Positions 12,386-25,628 of a DNA stretch of 64,000 nt are shown in pieces. The notes under the pieces are model-generated. The model had not been told where the DNA came from, ran no database searches, and saw only the letters and a list, made by a program, of their open reading frames with translations. The DNA is from Felis catus (taxonomy: Eukaryota), in assembly GCF_018350175.1 (NCBI RefSeq), contig NC_058373.1, positions 101,744,001-101,808,000 on the forward strand, given 5' to 3'. A program made the position numbers and the translations under genes. Each line of letters begins with the position of its first letter. Position 1 is the stretch's first letter.

Positions 12386-12940
12386 CCATCCAAGTGAATT
12401 CCACAAGGCTAAGTAAGGACTTCCATTTATCTTGTTGATCCTCTATCTCTAGCACCAAGAACAGCAGCTAGTTCAAAATAGGCCTTCCAAGTATTTGTTG
12501 AATGAATAAGTGATTGAATGAATGAACACTGTTTTGGGAGTAGAAACAGGAACAGGAGAGTCTGGACTCTGTTGAGCAACAATCTAATGGGAAAGGTAGA
12601 CATGTCCTCTCAGGTTCACCAACTGTTACCATTCACTGTACCCAAGCTGGAACCATAAGAGTTACCCTAGACTCCTCATTCCCTTACTCAAAAATTTACC
12701 AACTCTTTAGATCCTTATTCTCAACTGAATTACTGTAATAGCATCTTGATCCTGATTTTCCCATCTTGAGACTTTCCCCATTTCAAACTCCAAACCATCC
12801 TCAAAACTTATTTATGTTATTGACATTTTCTGCACCTATTCCAAGATTAGCAAAACTTAATTTCTCACACAGATGAAAATAAACATGACTTCCAATATTT
12901 TTTCTACACTACTCTGTAGGTTGCTACACTTCAAACCACC

Positions 12941-13166
12941 TTTTTTTTTTTTAATTTTTTTTTCAATGTTTATTTATTTTTGGGACAGAGAGAGACAGAG
13001 CATGAATGGGGGAGGGGCAGAGAGAGAGGGAGACACAGAATCGGAAACAGGCTCCAGGCTCTGAGCCATCAGCCCAGAGCCCGACGCAGGGCTTGAACTC
13101 ACGGACCACGAGATGGTGACCTGGCTGAAGTCGGACGCTTAACCGACTGCGCCACCCAGGTGCCCC
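12941..13166 (-). mobile_element. Young felid Can-SINE (SINEC_Fc-like)
   Basis: TSD CAAACCACCTTT; CpGs retained. Confidence 0.95.
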
Positions 13167-13254
13167 CAAACCACCTTTAATACTGATATCTATAATGCAA
13201 ATTGGATTCTATTGCTCGGTTTAATATAACTGCAATGAGTCTTCAATACCTTTA

Positions 13255-13640
13255 AGATTCATTCATTCATCTGTTCAGCAAATATCCATTAAATGGCAAA
13301 CTCTGTGCAAAGCAATGGGAATACACAGATAAACAGGTCAGTTCATGTCTTAGGCAGTTTCTAATCTATTGAGAGACACAGAGAAGTAAACAGGCAAAGT
13401 CGTAAGTGCTAAGATAGGCTTAAGCTGAGCATATTATGGGAGCTTATGGAGGAAGCTACCTCAGACTTGGAGGATGAGGAAAGGCTTCCTAGAGGAAGTG
13501 ACAGAAAACCAGGACCCGAGGGACAGTTTGGTGTTGACTACGCAGGGAGAACAGCATTTGTAGATCCTTTTATGTTCAGGGAAATGGAAATAATTCAGAC
13601 TAGCTGGAGTGCAGAGTAAGAAGGAGAAAGAGGGAATGAG
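13255..13640 (-). mobile_element. LINE-2 3' fragment
   Basis: attcattcattcat...aaatat and ggaaaggcttcctagaggaagtgac motifs. Confidence 0.7.
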
Positions 13641-13669
13641 TCTGCAGAGATGGCCTTCTTCAATTTTGT

Positions 13670-14047
13670 TCATCAATGTCTGATAGTTTTCAGACTGAAG
13701 ATCTTGGCTAAATTTATTCCTATGTATTTTATTCTTTTCAATGCAGTTGCAAATGGGATTGTTTTCTTAATTTCTCTTTTGATAATTCATTTTTAGTTAT
13801 GGAAACACAGCTGATCTTTGTATATTGATTTTATATCCTGAAAATTTACTGAACTCATTCATTAGTTCTAACAGTTTCTTGGTGGAGTCTTCAGGGTGTT
13901 CTACGTATAATATCACATCATCTGCAAATAGAGACTGTTTTACTTCTTCCTTTCTGACTTGGATGCCTTTTATTTCTTTTTCTTGTCTAATTGCTCTGGC
14001 TAGGACTTCCAGTACTACGTTAAATAAGAGGGGCAGGAGTGGGTATC
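13670..14047 (-). mobile_element. LINE-1 ORF2 RT fragment containing the FADD motif
   Basis: Reverse strand reads [25 protein letters not shown]...LFADDV. Confidence 0.9.
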
Positions 14048-14216
14048 ATTGGATAAACTGAGGCAAGATCAGCAAGGGCTTGATGAGAGTTAAACTTTAT
14101 CATGAAGGTGAAGAGGAGTCGTTGAAGGCTAGCTGAATGTGGTGAAAGAACTGGTATGTTGGTGGGGACAAGGGGTCAAGATAGAAGGCCCAGAGACTAT
14201 TAGGAAACTAGTCATT

Positions 14217-14238
14217 TGGTGGTGGTGGTGGTGGTGGT
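14217..14238. repeat. (GGT)7 microsatellite
   Basis: Direct read. Confidence 0.9.
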
Positions 14239-14744
14239 AAGCCTGGTGCTTGGGAGGATGAAACAAAAAATGCAATGGCCTAAAGTGAAAAAGAGCTTGG
14301 GTGTTGGAGGAACAGAGAGAAGGCCTGTGTGGCTGGAATTGAATAAATAAGGAGGAGCCATGTGGATGGGGTTGGAGAGAGGCCAGGCCTTATTGGCTGT
14401 GGCAGGAGCTGAGACTGTCTTCTATGCAGTGGGAAGATACTAAAAGTCAAAGTAGGGGGGTGACCTTGTTTGAGTTGCACTTTTAAAAGATTGAGGGAGG
14501 AAACATCTGGGGAAGAAGGTGGGCAAAACCAAGAGTTTAGACATTTTAAGTTGAAGATGTGACATTATACCTACCTTACTTGTTTTATTTAATTGGTTGA
14601 ACCTCTAGCATTCAATCTCTTCTGTGTTTATCATAGCTACGTCCTACAGAAATTCTGCAAATTTGTACCAGGTATAGGACTGAGCCAATTAGCCAGGTTA
14701 GGAGGAGGAGGAATAGCTGTCATATAGTTTCTATGATCTGAGCA

Positions 14745-15345
14745 CTTTGTGTTTGTGCCAGTGACTAAGCTATTGCCTCCCAGCTCCAGACCCACCCTTC
14801 TCTCCACTTTGTGATGCTGGGGTAAGACTCTGTAGACCCGCGGGCTGCCTATAAAGCTTTGCAAGTCCAGGGAGACTGGCAGGAAGGAGACTCCTTCCTG
14901 TTTCTTTCCTGTGGGCTTCCTGTTTTTTCAAGCATTACCTCAGTCTACCTCCTTTCCCTGGCAGTGGTGGTTGATTCCAGGAGCAGCAGGCGAATCTCCA
15001 TTGCAGTTCTTCCAACATTTGCCAAACCTGCCTTCTTGTCTTCCCACTCAGGACACCAGCCCCACCCCAGCAGCACCCCGTCCTCCGAAGTCTGAGTAGT
15101 TCGGCTCCCGGAGGCCCCTCTTCCACACCTCTCAGGCTTTATAATCCCAACTACTTTACTATGTTTCTCCAGCCCTGGGGGATGGTAGCTGCTTTCTGCA
15201 ATTGCTACTGCTGAAATTTGCTACCTCTGAAATACCTTCATGTTTTTCCGTTTGACTTTTCAGTCAACAACTTTTATGTTAATAATCTCTGATAAAATAA
15301 CTGTTGTGTTTTTTTGTCTCCTGCCTATACTCTAATTGAGACAAT
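14745..15345 (+). mobile_element. Old ERVL-type solo LTR (LTR33/40/41-like)
   Basis: LTR-like composition ending aataactgttgtgttttttgtctcctg...gagaca. Confidence 0.5.
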
Positions 15346-16081
15346 TAGATACAATTACCTCCCATCATCCTGGCTCAATTGACTAAAGTAGACAGAAAAC
15401 TGAGACCAACAGGTTAATGGCCCATATTACACAGCTACTAGCTGGTAGAGTTGGGATTTGAATTCAGTTTTGCTTTATTTTATTTTGCCTGAAGCTTGTG
15501 CTCTTACATGCTAGTCAGGTGACTACATTTGGACAACATTGTCCGAAAAAACACATGGTTTTTCATCACTGAACTGTAGATACAATTTAAAAAGTCTTTC
15601 ATCATTTTTGTTGCTCTTCTTGAGCCTATTATCAGAGCCAGCATTTCCCAAAACATAGTCTAGGCAACACTGTACGACAAGCCCCATGAAGGATGGATTC
15701 TGGGCTCAAGTAAATTTAGGGCCTGCCCTGCACTATACTCTCCAGAAGACGTATAATGAACATTAGCTTAAGAAACACTTTGAAAAGCCTTGCAAAAAAA
15801 TATGTAACCAGGTAGTTTTCTCGTAACTTTTCTGACTGGGAATATTCCAAGGATGTGGAAAATGTTGGACTAATCAATATTAAATCAAATATATCCTGGG
15901 CAACAGTAGCACCTGGTTAGGAGAAAGTTGTTGGTGCCAGAACTGGTGGGATGTTCTTATCATACAGGGGTTGCTGCAGAGAGTTTTGGGGGAAATTATA
16001 ACAAATTACAAATATAACAAAGCTGACTAATACCACAAGTATCACAAAATCTATAGACAAAGATAATCTTAAGTAGAATTT

Positions 16082-16281
16082 TAAAAGTTTATTTATTTTG
16101 AGAGAGAGATTGAGAGCACAAGCAGGGGAGGAACAGAGAGAGAGGGAGAGAGAGTCCTAAGCAGGCCCCACACTGTCAGCACAGAGCCCCACACAGAGAT
16201 CGAACTCATAAGCCGTAAGATCATGAACTGAGCCAAGATCATGAGTCAGATGTTTAACTGACTGAGCCACCCAGGTGCCTC
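16082..16281 (-). mobile_element. Can-SINE
   Basis: Head and tail recognisable. Confidence 0.9.
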
Positions 16282-16698
16282 AGTGTTAACTAAATTTTAA
16301 AAGAATATTGGGGAAGGGGAGTCTGACCTTTGATTAGATTGTAGAAATATGACCCTTTTGTACATTTTAAATTTTCAACTAATCAAACTTGGGGACACAT
16401 TTCAGTCACACTTTTAGTGGAAAAGACATTGGTAATTCTGAAATTAATAACCAGGATTACAATAAAGATTTGATGACTTCTGGGACAAGTGATTTTACTC
16501 TCGTTCTCTTATGCCAATCTGGGACAATTTATCCCTCCAAAAGGCCTAAGGTCCCACTTTTACAATTTTGACCTATATAAATCCTGTAAACAGGAGTAGT
16601 TTTGCAATGCTTACTTTTAATCTTCTGACTATATTTATTTGAAAATTTATCTATGACACCTTGTGAGATGCTTTACTGTAAAAAAAAAACTATAATTA

Positions 16699-16912
16699 GG
16701 GGCGCCTGGGTGGCGCAGTCGGTTAAAGCGTCTGACTTCAGCCAGGTCATGATCTCGCGGTCCGGGAGTTCGAGCCCCGCGTCAGGCTCTGGGCTGATGG
16801 CTCAGAGCCTGGAGCCTGTTTCCGATTCTGGGTCTCCCTCTCTCTCTGCCCCTCCCCCGTTCATGCTCTGTCTCTCTCTGTCCCAAAAATAAATAAATGT
16901 TGGGAAAAAAAA
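16699..16912 (+). mobile_element. Young felid Can-SINE (SINEC_Fc-like)
   Basis: GGGGCGCCTGGGTGGCGCAGTCGG head, intact B box GTTCGAGCC, TSD AAAAAAAACTATAATTA. Confidence 0.96.
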
Positions 16913-17164
16913 ACTATAATTAAAACTTCATACATTTGTTTATTTTTAAGAAATGTGAATCCATCTACATTTGTGTTTGAAACTGTGGTTCAAAATTTGC
17001 TTATATTTATATTTTATTTAAATGATTGGGCCAGTTAATTGGTTTGAATTATATTGTTTAGAAATCAGCCAAAATGTAGTATACCTGACTAAGTGTTCTA
17101 AAACTTAGAGTTAGCTCCTTCTTATTTAACTCCATCTAGAGAAAGCTGTCATAAAAGTTTTCTT

Positions 17165-17505
17165 CATAGAATATTCTTTAGTCTTAAAAAGGAATGAAAT
17201 TCTGATACAAACCACAATATGGATGAATTTTGAAAGCATCGTGCTCAGTAAAGGAGACAGAACACAAAAGGACAACATTGTGTGATTCCACTTCTGTAAG
17301 GTCCCCAGAACAAGCAAATCATAGAGACAGAGTAGCTACTGGTTAACAAGGGCTGAGGGAATGGGAGACAGGGAATTGTTTTTTAATGGCTACAGAGTTT
17401 CAGTTTGGGATGATGAAAAGTTCTGGAAATAGTTTGTAGGGATTTATGGTACAATGTGATGTACTTAATGCCACTGAGTTTTACACTTAAGAATGGTTAA
17501 AAGGG
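17165..17505 (+). mobile_element. LINE-1 3' end (L1MB/MC-like)
   Basis: taaaaaggaatgaaattctgatac...atggatgaa and gggatgatgaaaagttctgga motifs. Confidence 0.82.
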
Positions 17506-17506
17506 T

Positions 17507-17725
17507 GGGGCCCTTGGGTGGGTCAGTCAGTTAAGCATCCAACTCTTGATTTTGGCTCAGGTCATGATCTCGTGTTTCATGAGTTCAAGCACCGCATCGG
17601 GGTCTGTGCTGACAGCTCAGAGCCTGGAGCCTGCTTCGGATTCTGTGTCTCCCTCTCTCTCTGCCCCTCCCCTGCTCACATTCCATCTCTCTCTCTCAAA
17701 AATAAACATTAAAAAACTTTTTTAA
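17507..17725 (+). mobile_element. Can-SINE
   Basis: Head, CT tract, AATAAACATT tail. Confidence 0.92.
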
Positions 17726-18481
17726 GTCTTTTTTTTTTCCGGAAGAATTCTTTAAATTGAGGAACTGAAGGAAATTTGAAAGCTATCCCAAGAGAAATAA
17801 GAACTTTAGTAAAAAGTGAAACCAGATTCCTCAAGAGTCCCACTGTCTTACCTGAGGTTCACCTGGCTAGGTTGATGGGGGGGGGGGGAGGGCAAGCACC
17901 TCCGCTTTTGGCCTGGATGGGGCCATGACCCCATGTGAAAATGTACTAGGGATATGGGAAGCCGGTGCAGGCAATTACCACTGTGCCCTGGGCTCATGAA
18001 ACCCCACTCTCTACCCTAGTGTGTGCCCCTGCCGACACAGGTGTTTCTGAGGTTCCTCTAATGAGACTTGAACTCAAGGTTAGTCTCCCCAAGCCACGGC
18101 TCCTGGGCCTCACCCAGCTTGCCTTTCACTGTTGCTATCTTAGCAAACCTGACTCCCGCTCTAGCCTTCCCGCATTCCATCTGTCACCAGTTGCTGCGGT
18201 TCCTTCCTCCACATCTCTCTCTTTATTCCCTCCGATAATGACTCAAGGCCAGGCAAGGCTGTCCTAGGCCTTACTGCATGAATTTTGAGAGAGCATGTCT
18301 CCATGTGAGGCAGACCCAAGAGGTAAAGTAACCAAATGAACACACTCTAATCCAGGCACAGAAAGAAGGAAAATTAATATTTATCAAGTACTTAACTATG
18401 TGCCAAGTAATGTGCCAGTTGTTTTCAGGCCTCCTAACAAGGTGATGAGAGCCAGCAGTGCACTTATGTTTAAATAACATC

Positions 18482-18575
18482 TTTTTTAGTAAGCTCTGTG
18501 CCCACTGTGGGGCTTGACCTCACCACCCAGAGATCAAGAGTCCCACGCTCCACCAGCCGAGCCAGTCAGGCGCCC
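18482..18575 (-). mobile_element. Short tRNA(Lys)-derived carnivore SINE
   Basis: tRNA-like head directly followed by A tail. Confidence 0.8.
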
Positions 18576-18579
18576 TTAA

Positions 18580-18687
18580 ATAATATATATATAATTATGT
18601 ATATATATACATATACATATGTATATACATAATATACATATACATAATTATATATATACACATATATATGTATATACATATACATAT
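18580..18687. repeat. (TA/CA)-rich low-complexity repeat
   Basis: Direct read, lies between two SINEs. Confidence 0.9.
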
Positions 18688-18840
18688 TTAAGTTTATTTA
18701 TTTATTTTGAGAGAGAGAGAATCCCAAGCTGTCTCTGCACTGGCTTGGAGCCCAATGCAGCGCTCGAACCCATGAACTTCAAGACCATGACTTCAGTCAA
18801 AATCAAGAGTCAGATGCTTAGCTGACTGAATCAGCCCCCC
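18687..18840 (-). mobile_element. Can-SINE (diverged)
   Basis: Head and tail recognisable. Confidence 0.85.
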
Positions 18841-18950
18841 TAAATAGTATCTTTAATGCAGAATAGCCGTGCCTACTTCTCAAGAAGCACACTAGATCCT
18901 AGTGGCAAATACAGTTCTATCTGGTGCAGATATCGACTTGGTTCACTTCC

Positions 18951-19120
18951 TTTTTTTTTAATGTTTATTTATTTTTGAGGGGGGCGGGCAGGACAGAGGA
19001 TCCACAATGGGCTCTCTGCTCACAGCAGAGAGCCCGATGTGGTGTTGAACTCATGAACCGTGAAGTCATGACCTGAGCCGAAGTCCAACGCTTAACCAAC
19101 TGAGCCACCCAGGTGTCCCC
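18951..19120 (-). mobile_element. Can-SINE
   Basis: TSD TGGTTCAC. Confidence 0.9.
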
Positions 19121-19134
19121 TGGTTCACACTGTC

Positions 19135-19331
19135 TTTTTTCAAAGTTTATTTATTTTTGAGACAGAGCATGCAAGAGAGTGAGCGCACAATTGGGGGAGG
19201 AGCAAAGAGAGGGGGAGACACAAAATCCGAAACAGGCTACAGGTTCTGAGCTGCCAGTGCAGATCCTGATGCGGGGCTGGAACCCATGAACTGTGAGATC
19301 ACGACCTGAGCCAAAGTCTGACACTTAACCA
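19135..19331 (-). mobile_element. Can-SINE lacking the extreme 5' end
   Basis: Body and tail recognisable. Confidence 0.88.
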
Positions 19332-19984
19332 TCGCTAATACCTTCTCTACATCTCGACCTGAACAGACTACTCTCACCAGCATGCACATCAGCGGTTGTA
19401 TACCTTTTCTGAGGACCGAGGACAGAGAACCACCTGGACTCATCCCTCTCGACCAGGAAACGGATTCCTCCATTTGGCACCTCTGTTTCTAGCTCACCTA
19501 CATCCCATTCCACTCACATGACTGCCTAATCGTCTGCTCTTCGGAAGTTAGAATTTGCACGAAAGCTCATTTTACATGAGATTGTCTGATACGACACATT
19601 TATAACCCTAGGAGACCTTCATTCAGCTCTTTCAAAATGTACAACTTTCAAAAACTCTATACTTTTGTTCACTTTTCCCTTGAACCTATAAAATGTTTCT
19701 TCATAGATCAGAGCAGCTTTTGAACAGACGTTTCCGCAGCTTCACAATGACGGGGGTGGGGTCGGGTAGGGACAGGCATTGCATTACTGGGCATCAGGCA
19801 CTGGGAGGCAGTGCATGTGCTATTCACTCAAGTTTCACAACAGCCCTGTAAGATGAGTAGAATTTTCTCCATTTTATGGGTGGTGAGATGGATGGTCCCC
19901 TCTCCACGATTGCACAGCCGGTCAGATCACATTTGGAGTCCCTTGTCCAATGCCTAGGGTCACATGAAGCCAGGGGATAGTATG

Positions 19985-20300
19985 TCTGTTTAGGATGGTC
20001 CTTCAACAAGGAGATGCCAAGATTAGATGTATACGCTATTTATTGGGGGAAATACCTGTGAAGGTTCAATGGGGAGGGAGTGGGACAAGGCAGGGAGAGC
20101 CTTCAGACCAGGACTGTGAAAACAGAGAGGAAAGAAGGACTGAGGAGGAAGGGCCTCAGACCACAGCATAGTCCTGAGAAAGTCTCCACTAAGTGGATGG
20201 GGTGTCCCTGAGCAAAGAGACAGCAGCTGGTGTTGGCAACACCATCCTGTGGCAGACCCTTGAAAAGGAGCTGTCAGGTGCACGTCCACGGCTGCCATGG
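19985..20300 (-). mobile_element. MaLR (MLT1-like) LTR fragment
   Basis: tttattgggggaaatacctgtg...ggcagggagagccttcagacc motif. Confidence 0.65.
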
Positions 20301-20819
20301 GTGCAAGTTACAGAGGGACAGACCAAGTACTTACAGAAAGCACATTTTAATCATCAATGCCAATGGCCACTCCAAGGTCATCGAAACGGCCACTTAGATG
20401 GAGGGATGTGACCTCTGTATACAGAGGGATGCAGACTTCTGAATTTCATGGGCCAGGAAAACCAGGAGACCAGCTAAAGTCACCAAGTTTTGTTTTGTTT
20501 TGTTTTGTTTTGTTTAATTTCTCCAAATAAGGATATCAATAGCCCAATATTACTCACTATCATTTACTATAAGATACTTTAATACCTCCCCTACCCCTCA
20601 AGCAGGAAGAGCATAATGTCAGAGTAAAGTCCTTGAAGCTGAATAAATTTGGAACAGTGAAAAAACGAGAATATGTTATTCTTGCTACTCTTGTTTTGCT
20701 GCAGTTTAGGTAAAAGTATGCTCATGGACTGGGTCTCAAAACACAGTAATAGGGTATTTAAGTACAGGATGGGGCACTGGACCCAGAGTCTTCTGAGGGA
20801 GCTTCCAACCCCGAGATTC

Positions 20820-21290
20820 ATTCATTCAACTCACAAATAGTTACTGCGCACTTCTGGGTGACAGGTCCTAGAAAGTACTGAAGGTCCTGAGGATAAATAA
20901 GAAAGAACGGGTCCCTGCACTTGTGGAGCTGGAAATCTGGTGAGTGGAGAGAGATCAGGAACAAGCAATACAAGTTCCGTTGTGGTACCTGCTTCGGTAA
21001 GGAAAGGGCCTCTGCTTTAGATAGTGGGCTCTAAAAAGGCCTCTCTAAGAAGGTGACATTTGAGCTAAGACCTGAGGGAGGAGTCAGCCTTTTGAAGTGC
21101 TGGATGAGGAGCCAGAAAGACATAATTCTCCAGGAATAGTAAGTGCAAAGTCCTCCAGAAGAGAATGAGCTTGGCACATTGGAGGAACTGAGTGTAGGCG
21201 GGGGATGGGGATGCAGCATGAAATGAGGTAAGAAGGGGCAGCCGGTGAAATCAGGCGGGGCATAGTTCCAGCGTGTCTGGCTCAGAGTCC
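20820..21290 (-). mobile_element. LINE-2 3' fragment
   Basis: ttcattcattcaac...ggtccctgcacttgtggagct...aaggtgacatttgagctaagacctga. Confidence 0.75.
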
Positions 21291-21889
21291 ACTCTACCAT
21301 CATAACAACCTTATTTCAGTGACAGATATTCATTCCTCTTTGTTGACATACGTTGCACAATTTCACAGGAAAGTAGAGTATAAAACTGCTTGAAGTGAGA
21401 TGTCTGGGTATTTCCCTAGGATCATTCAAAGGGACATCCTTACTGTACGAATTCATCAGGCGTTTCCTTTTGTAGGCTAAGAAAAAAGAATTCGTCTATC
21501 AGGGGTTGACATATATTCAGCAAGCTTGTGAGATTTTGGCATACATCTGGCATGGCCGAGTGTTAATTTGCATGACAACTCTACCTTCCAAAAATCCACA
21601 CATTCCCCACCAGCACCTTTTCATCTCTAGCTGCTCCATGTGGGAAGATGTCCTCTATCCAGATTCTTGGGACTGGAATGTGGGGACTAGGACACTTAGA
21701 GATGGACCCGAATGACACACCAAGAAGACAAAAGTGCTATCTTTCATCGAGTGGGAGCTTGCTTGGGACCTCTCCTCTTAATGCTTCTGTTGCTGCTCCC
21801 ACCGCTTCAACAGGCCGTCCCTTCAGATGGCTTCAGATCAGGGGAAGTGCACTGATGCTCCCCCACTTGTCTGATCTTAAGAATCACCA

Positions 21890-22122
21890 GGGCACCTGGA
21901 TGGCTCAGTCAGTTGAGCATCTGACTCTTGATTTCAGTTCAGTTCATGATACCAGGCTCGTGGGACCAAGACCCACATCTGGCTCTTCACTGAGTGTTGG
22001 GATTCTCAACCTGGTTGGATTCCCTCTCTCTCTCTCCCTCTGCCCTTCTCCCCCACTTGTGGGCATGCTCTCTCTCTAAAATAAAAAAAATAATAAAATA
22101 AAATATTTACATATTAAAAAAA
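21890..22122 (+). mobile_element. Can-SINE
   Basis: TSD AAGAATCACCA. Confidence 0.92.
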
Positions 22123-22780
22123 AAGAATCACCAGGGGCTCTTGATAGAAACATGGACTTCCAGGCCCACTCCCAGAGGATTCTAATTTAGAAGGTTTTGG
22201 TGAGGGCTGCAAATATGAGTGCCTTCTACTAGCAGCCCAGGTGATTCTTACCAAGCGTGCTTAGGAAACTCTACTTTGAGGTTCTTCAGAGTTTTCTAAC
22301 TCAGCGTTTTCCAAACTGATCCAATCACAAAATGACCTAGAACATTTTCTAAATATACAAATTCTCAAGTCCCAGCCCAAAAGAATCAGAATTATCAGGC
22401 AAGGGGCCTGGGAATCTGTATGGTACTAAACAGCCAACGTTCATCTTGTGACAGGGGAAGTTTAGTAAACACTCTAATTGAGACTCACATGGAATCTTTA
22501 AGATTTAAGATTCTGATTCACTACACCTTTTTGGGGGGCAGGGAGGGAAAGAGAGAATCTCAATACGGCTCCATCCATGCTCAGCACAGAGCCCCACATG
22601 GGCCTCAATCCCACGACCCTGGGATCATGACCTGAGTCAGATGCTCAACCAACCGAGCCACCCAGGCGCCCCCTGATTCACTACACCCACAGAGGAACTC
22701 AGAGATCTGCCTTTTAAAATAAACTCCCAGGTGATTCTGATGTGTAAGGTTCATGGACTCCCACTTTGAGAAACACAGCA
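22123..22780. mobile_element. Cluster of MER5-like hAT DNA transposon remnants
   Basis: agaatcacc, ccaggtgattct, ggggcctgggaatctg and cactttgagaaacac motifs. Confidence 0.65.
22527..22672 (-). mobile_element. Can-SINE (internally deleted)
   Basis: TSD CTGATTCACTACACC. Confidence 0.88.
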
Positions 22781-25204
22781 GTCAAGTTTAATATTATTAC
22801 AACTCATACCTTTGTTCTTAACGCCAAAGCATTGACAGCATTTACTACGAACTTGCACATCTCCTTGCCTTTGCAAATGGTGTTCACAAACCCCATCTCT
22901 GTGTTTTTAAAACCTTAATACTTAACTTTATTTTTCAATTTTGTAATTAAGAAAAATTTCAAACACACAGAAAATGCGGAAAGATAGTTCAGTGTGCACC
23001 CATTATACTTACCGCCTGGTTCAACACTTGCCACATACATTTTAACCATGTACCTTTTTGCTAAACAATTTCAAACTAAGCTGCAGACATCTTGACCCCT
23101 CACCCAAACACCTCAGCATGAATATCCTTTAAAAACAAACAAACAAAAAAAACAACTATTCTCTTTCATGACCACAATACAATGATCACATCTAACAAAA
23201 CTAATAACTAATAATAATCGCTTAATACCAATATCAGTATCCCCAATTGTCCCCCGATGTCTTTAATAGCTAATTTTTCAAGCCTGGAGGCAATCAGGGA
23301 TAACACACTGCATATGGTTGTTATATGCCTTCTGTCTCTTTTAATCTAGGACAGCCCTTCCACCATTTTTTCCAGACCAGTTGTCTTTGAGAATATCCCT
23401 CTTTCTGGATTTGTCTGATTGTTCCCTCGTGGGGTTGTACCAAACATACAAATAAACATTCTCATACAAATATATGTGTATTTGTATTTATAGCATATTT
23501 ACAGAGAGACACAAAAGTTTGTTTGCTCTCTGCCATCCCACATAACCTTTCTCCTCTCAAACAATCATATTTAATAATATTATCAAACACTATATGCCTG
23601 CACTGTTTTAAGAAATTTAAATGTATTAACTTATTTACTCATAACAATAATTAGGTAGATTTGTTACCAATGAAATTAAGGCACAGAGTGGGAAGTGACT
23701 AGTAAAAGGTCAAATGGCTAGTCAGTTGATAGGGTTGTGTTCCAAGACTCAGGACTCTTGCTTTAGAACTGGGTCTCTTAACCACAAAAACAGAATCATA
23801 GCATAAACATTATTCTACGACTTAAAAAATGCTTATTTATAGGCCAATACATAGAAATTTGACTCATCATTTTTATCCCCAACAATTTATTATACACATG
23901 AGTATACAAAAAAATTGGAAGAATTGAATGCTTAATACCTATACACTCTAGATTCTATAATTAACATTTTTTTCATGTTTATCACATATTACTTTACCTA
24001 TAATCCCTTTATCCATCAATCTATCATATTTCTGTTGCATTTTTTCCAACTATAACTCATTTTTAAAAACAGTTGTATAAGACTTACAGTATGGAGGTTT
24101 GATAATTTATTCACACATTACTCTGCAGTCTAGTGTTTTGCTATATAAATAATGCTGAAATTAACATTCTTGTATTAACATTCTTGTATATTTTTGTATA
24201 CCTTACAGTAATAATGCTATAGTTGCAGTAGGATAGATTCCTAAAATTTTGCCCATCTCTGTTGAAACTATCCAATGAGCACCAACACATGCCTACTGTG
24301 AGCACCAGATGCCTACTGTGTTTCTGAAATTTCTGGCAGAATTTCTGCCTCCTCTGGTATTGTTCAACACTGTGTGCAATCTTCCCCTAGACCTACTGTG
24401 TATTGTACCTTTCAGTGAAATGTGTGTGTGTGCGTGTGTGCGTGCGCACACCCCCATACTTTATGTTCTCCACTAGAGATTAAAGAGACCATGCCCTCTC
24501 TTCGACTTTTGTATCCTCTATTTGCCCTGCACAGTGATTTATATTAGATAAATACTTCTTGTTGAATGAATTAGTGAATGAAATTCTGGAGAAAAGTCCA
24601 GAGCAGCAGATAGTGGCCAAATGCTGGAGTCTTTGTATTTCAGGCCAAAGAGCTTGGAATGTATTCAATGTTGATTCAGAAACCACAGGAAGTGTCTGAA
24701 CCAAGGGCTGGAAAGACAAGAATGTTGAGGCCATGAGGCACAGTAATGAGGCTAGGACAAGACCCTGGAGGAAGCAAACAGACTCCTAAACAATTATTAG
24801 GAGTTGAAGAACTAAGTTTTACAGTGTAGTTTTTTCAGAATACTTTTTACATTTAATTTTAGTCGTTTTGAGCTTATGCAGTGTTTTAACTTTTGTATGT
24901 ATGGTGGAAAAATTAGACAATATAGAGAAACAAGATAATAATCCTCAGTAATTCCATCATCCAGGGAAATCACCAGTAGTTACCATCATGGTGGAAATCT
25001 TTTCAACACCTTTTTCTATGCATATATGCAATAAAATCTATATTTTAATATATAATGGATATATGAAGTTTTCTTTCATCATTTTTATTATTTATTTTAT
25101 AATTATTTATCACTATTTTATTATTAAATTTTATGTATAAATATATTTACATATTAAATAAAAATTATACATATAACTTATATGTAAGATTATATATATA
25201 TATA

Positions 25205-25319
25205 TTAGATAGAAAACACCATCTGTAATGTTAGATAGAAAACACCATGTTTGATAGAAAACGTTAGATAGAAAACACCATGTATCTCAAACATTGTATC
25301 TTAAACATCTATCTTAAAC
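25205..25319. repeat. Irregular tandem repeat (TTAGATAGAAAACACCAT x3 plus a partial copy; TATCTYAAAC x3)
   Basis: Copies at 25205, 25231, 25251 (partial), 25264. Confidence 0.9.
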
Positions 25320-25420
25320 CTGACACAGAATAAATGCTCAATATAGATTTATTAAATGATTGAATTAATGAAAAATATTCATTGTCATTCACCCTTTGGT
25401 GGAGATTTTAATACTTCATC

Positions 25421-25628
25421 AAAAAAAATTTTTTTTAATGTTTATTTTTGAGACAGACAGAGACAGTGTGAGGGGGAGGGGTAGATAGAGAGGGAGACAC
25501 AGAATCCGAAGCAGGCTCCAGGTTCTGAGCTGTCAGCACAGAGCCCATCCTGGGGCCTGAACTCATGAACCACAAGATCATGACTTGAGCCAAAGTCTGA
25601 TGCTCAACCGAGTCACCCAGGCACCCCC
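25421..25628 (-). mobile_element. Can-SINE
   Basis: TSD AGATTTTAATACT. Confidence 0.92.

Noticed and set aside
13825..14061. 78-aa ORF
   Set aside because: Antisense reading of an L1 ORF2 fragment
15508..15975. Minus-strand peptides (KNIPPVLAP; RRATKMMKDFLNCI) faintly like a sorting-nexin PX domain
   Set aside because: By-eye similarity only, weak acceptors and an in-frame stop; needs an HMM search before any claim
25205..25281. Spaced direct repeats superficially like a CRISPR array
   Set aside because: Eukaryotic context, very short irregular spacers, no cas genes
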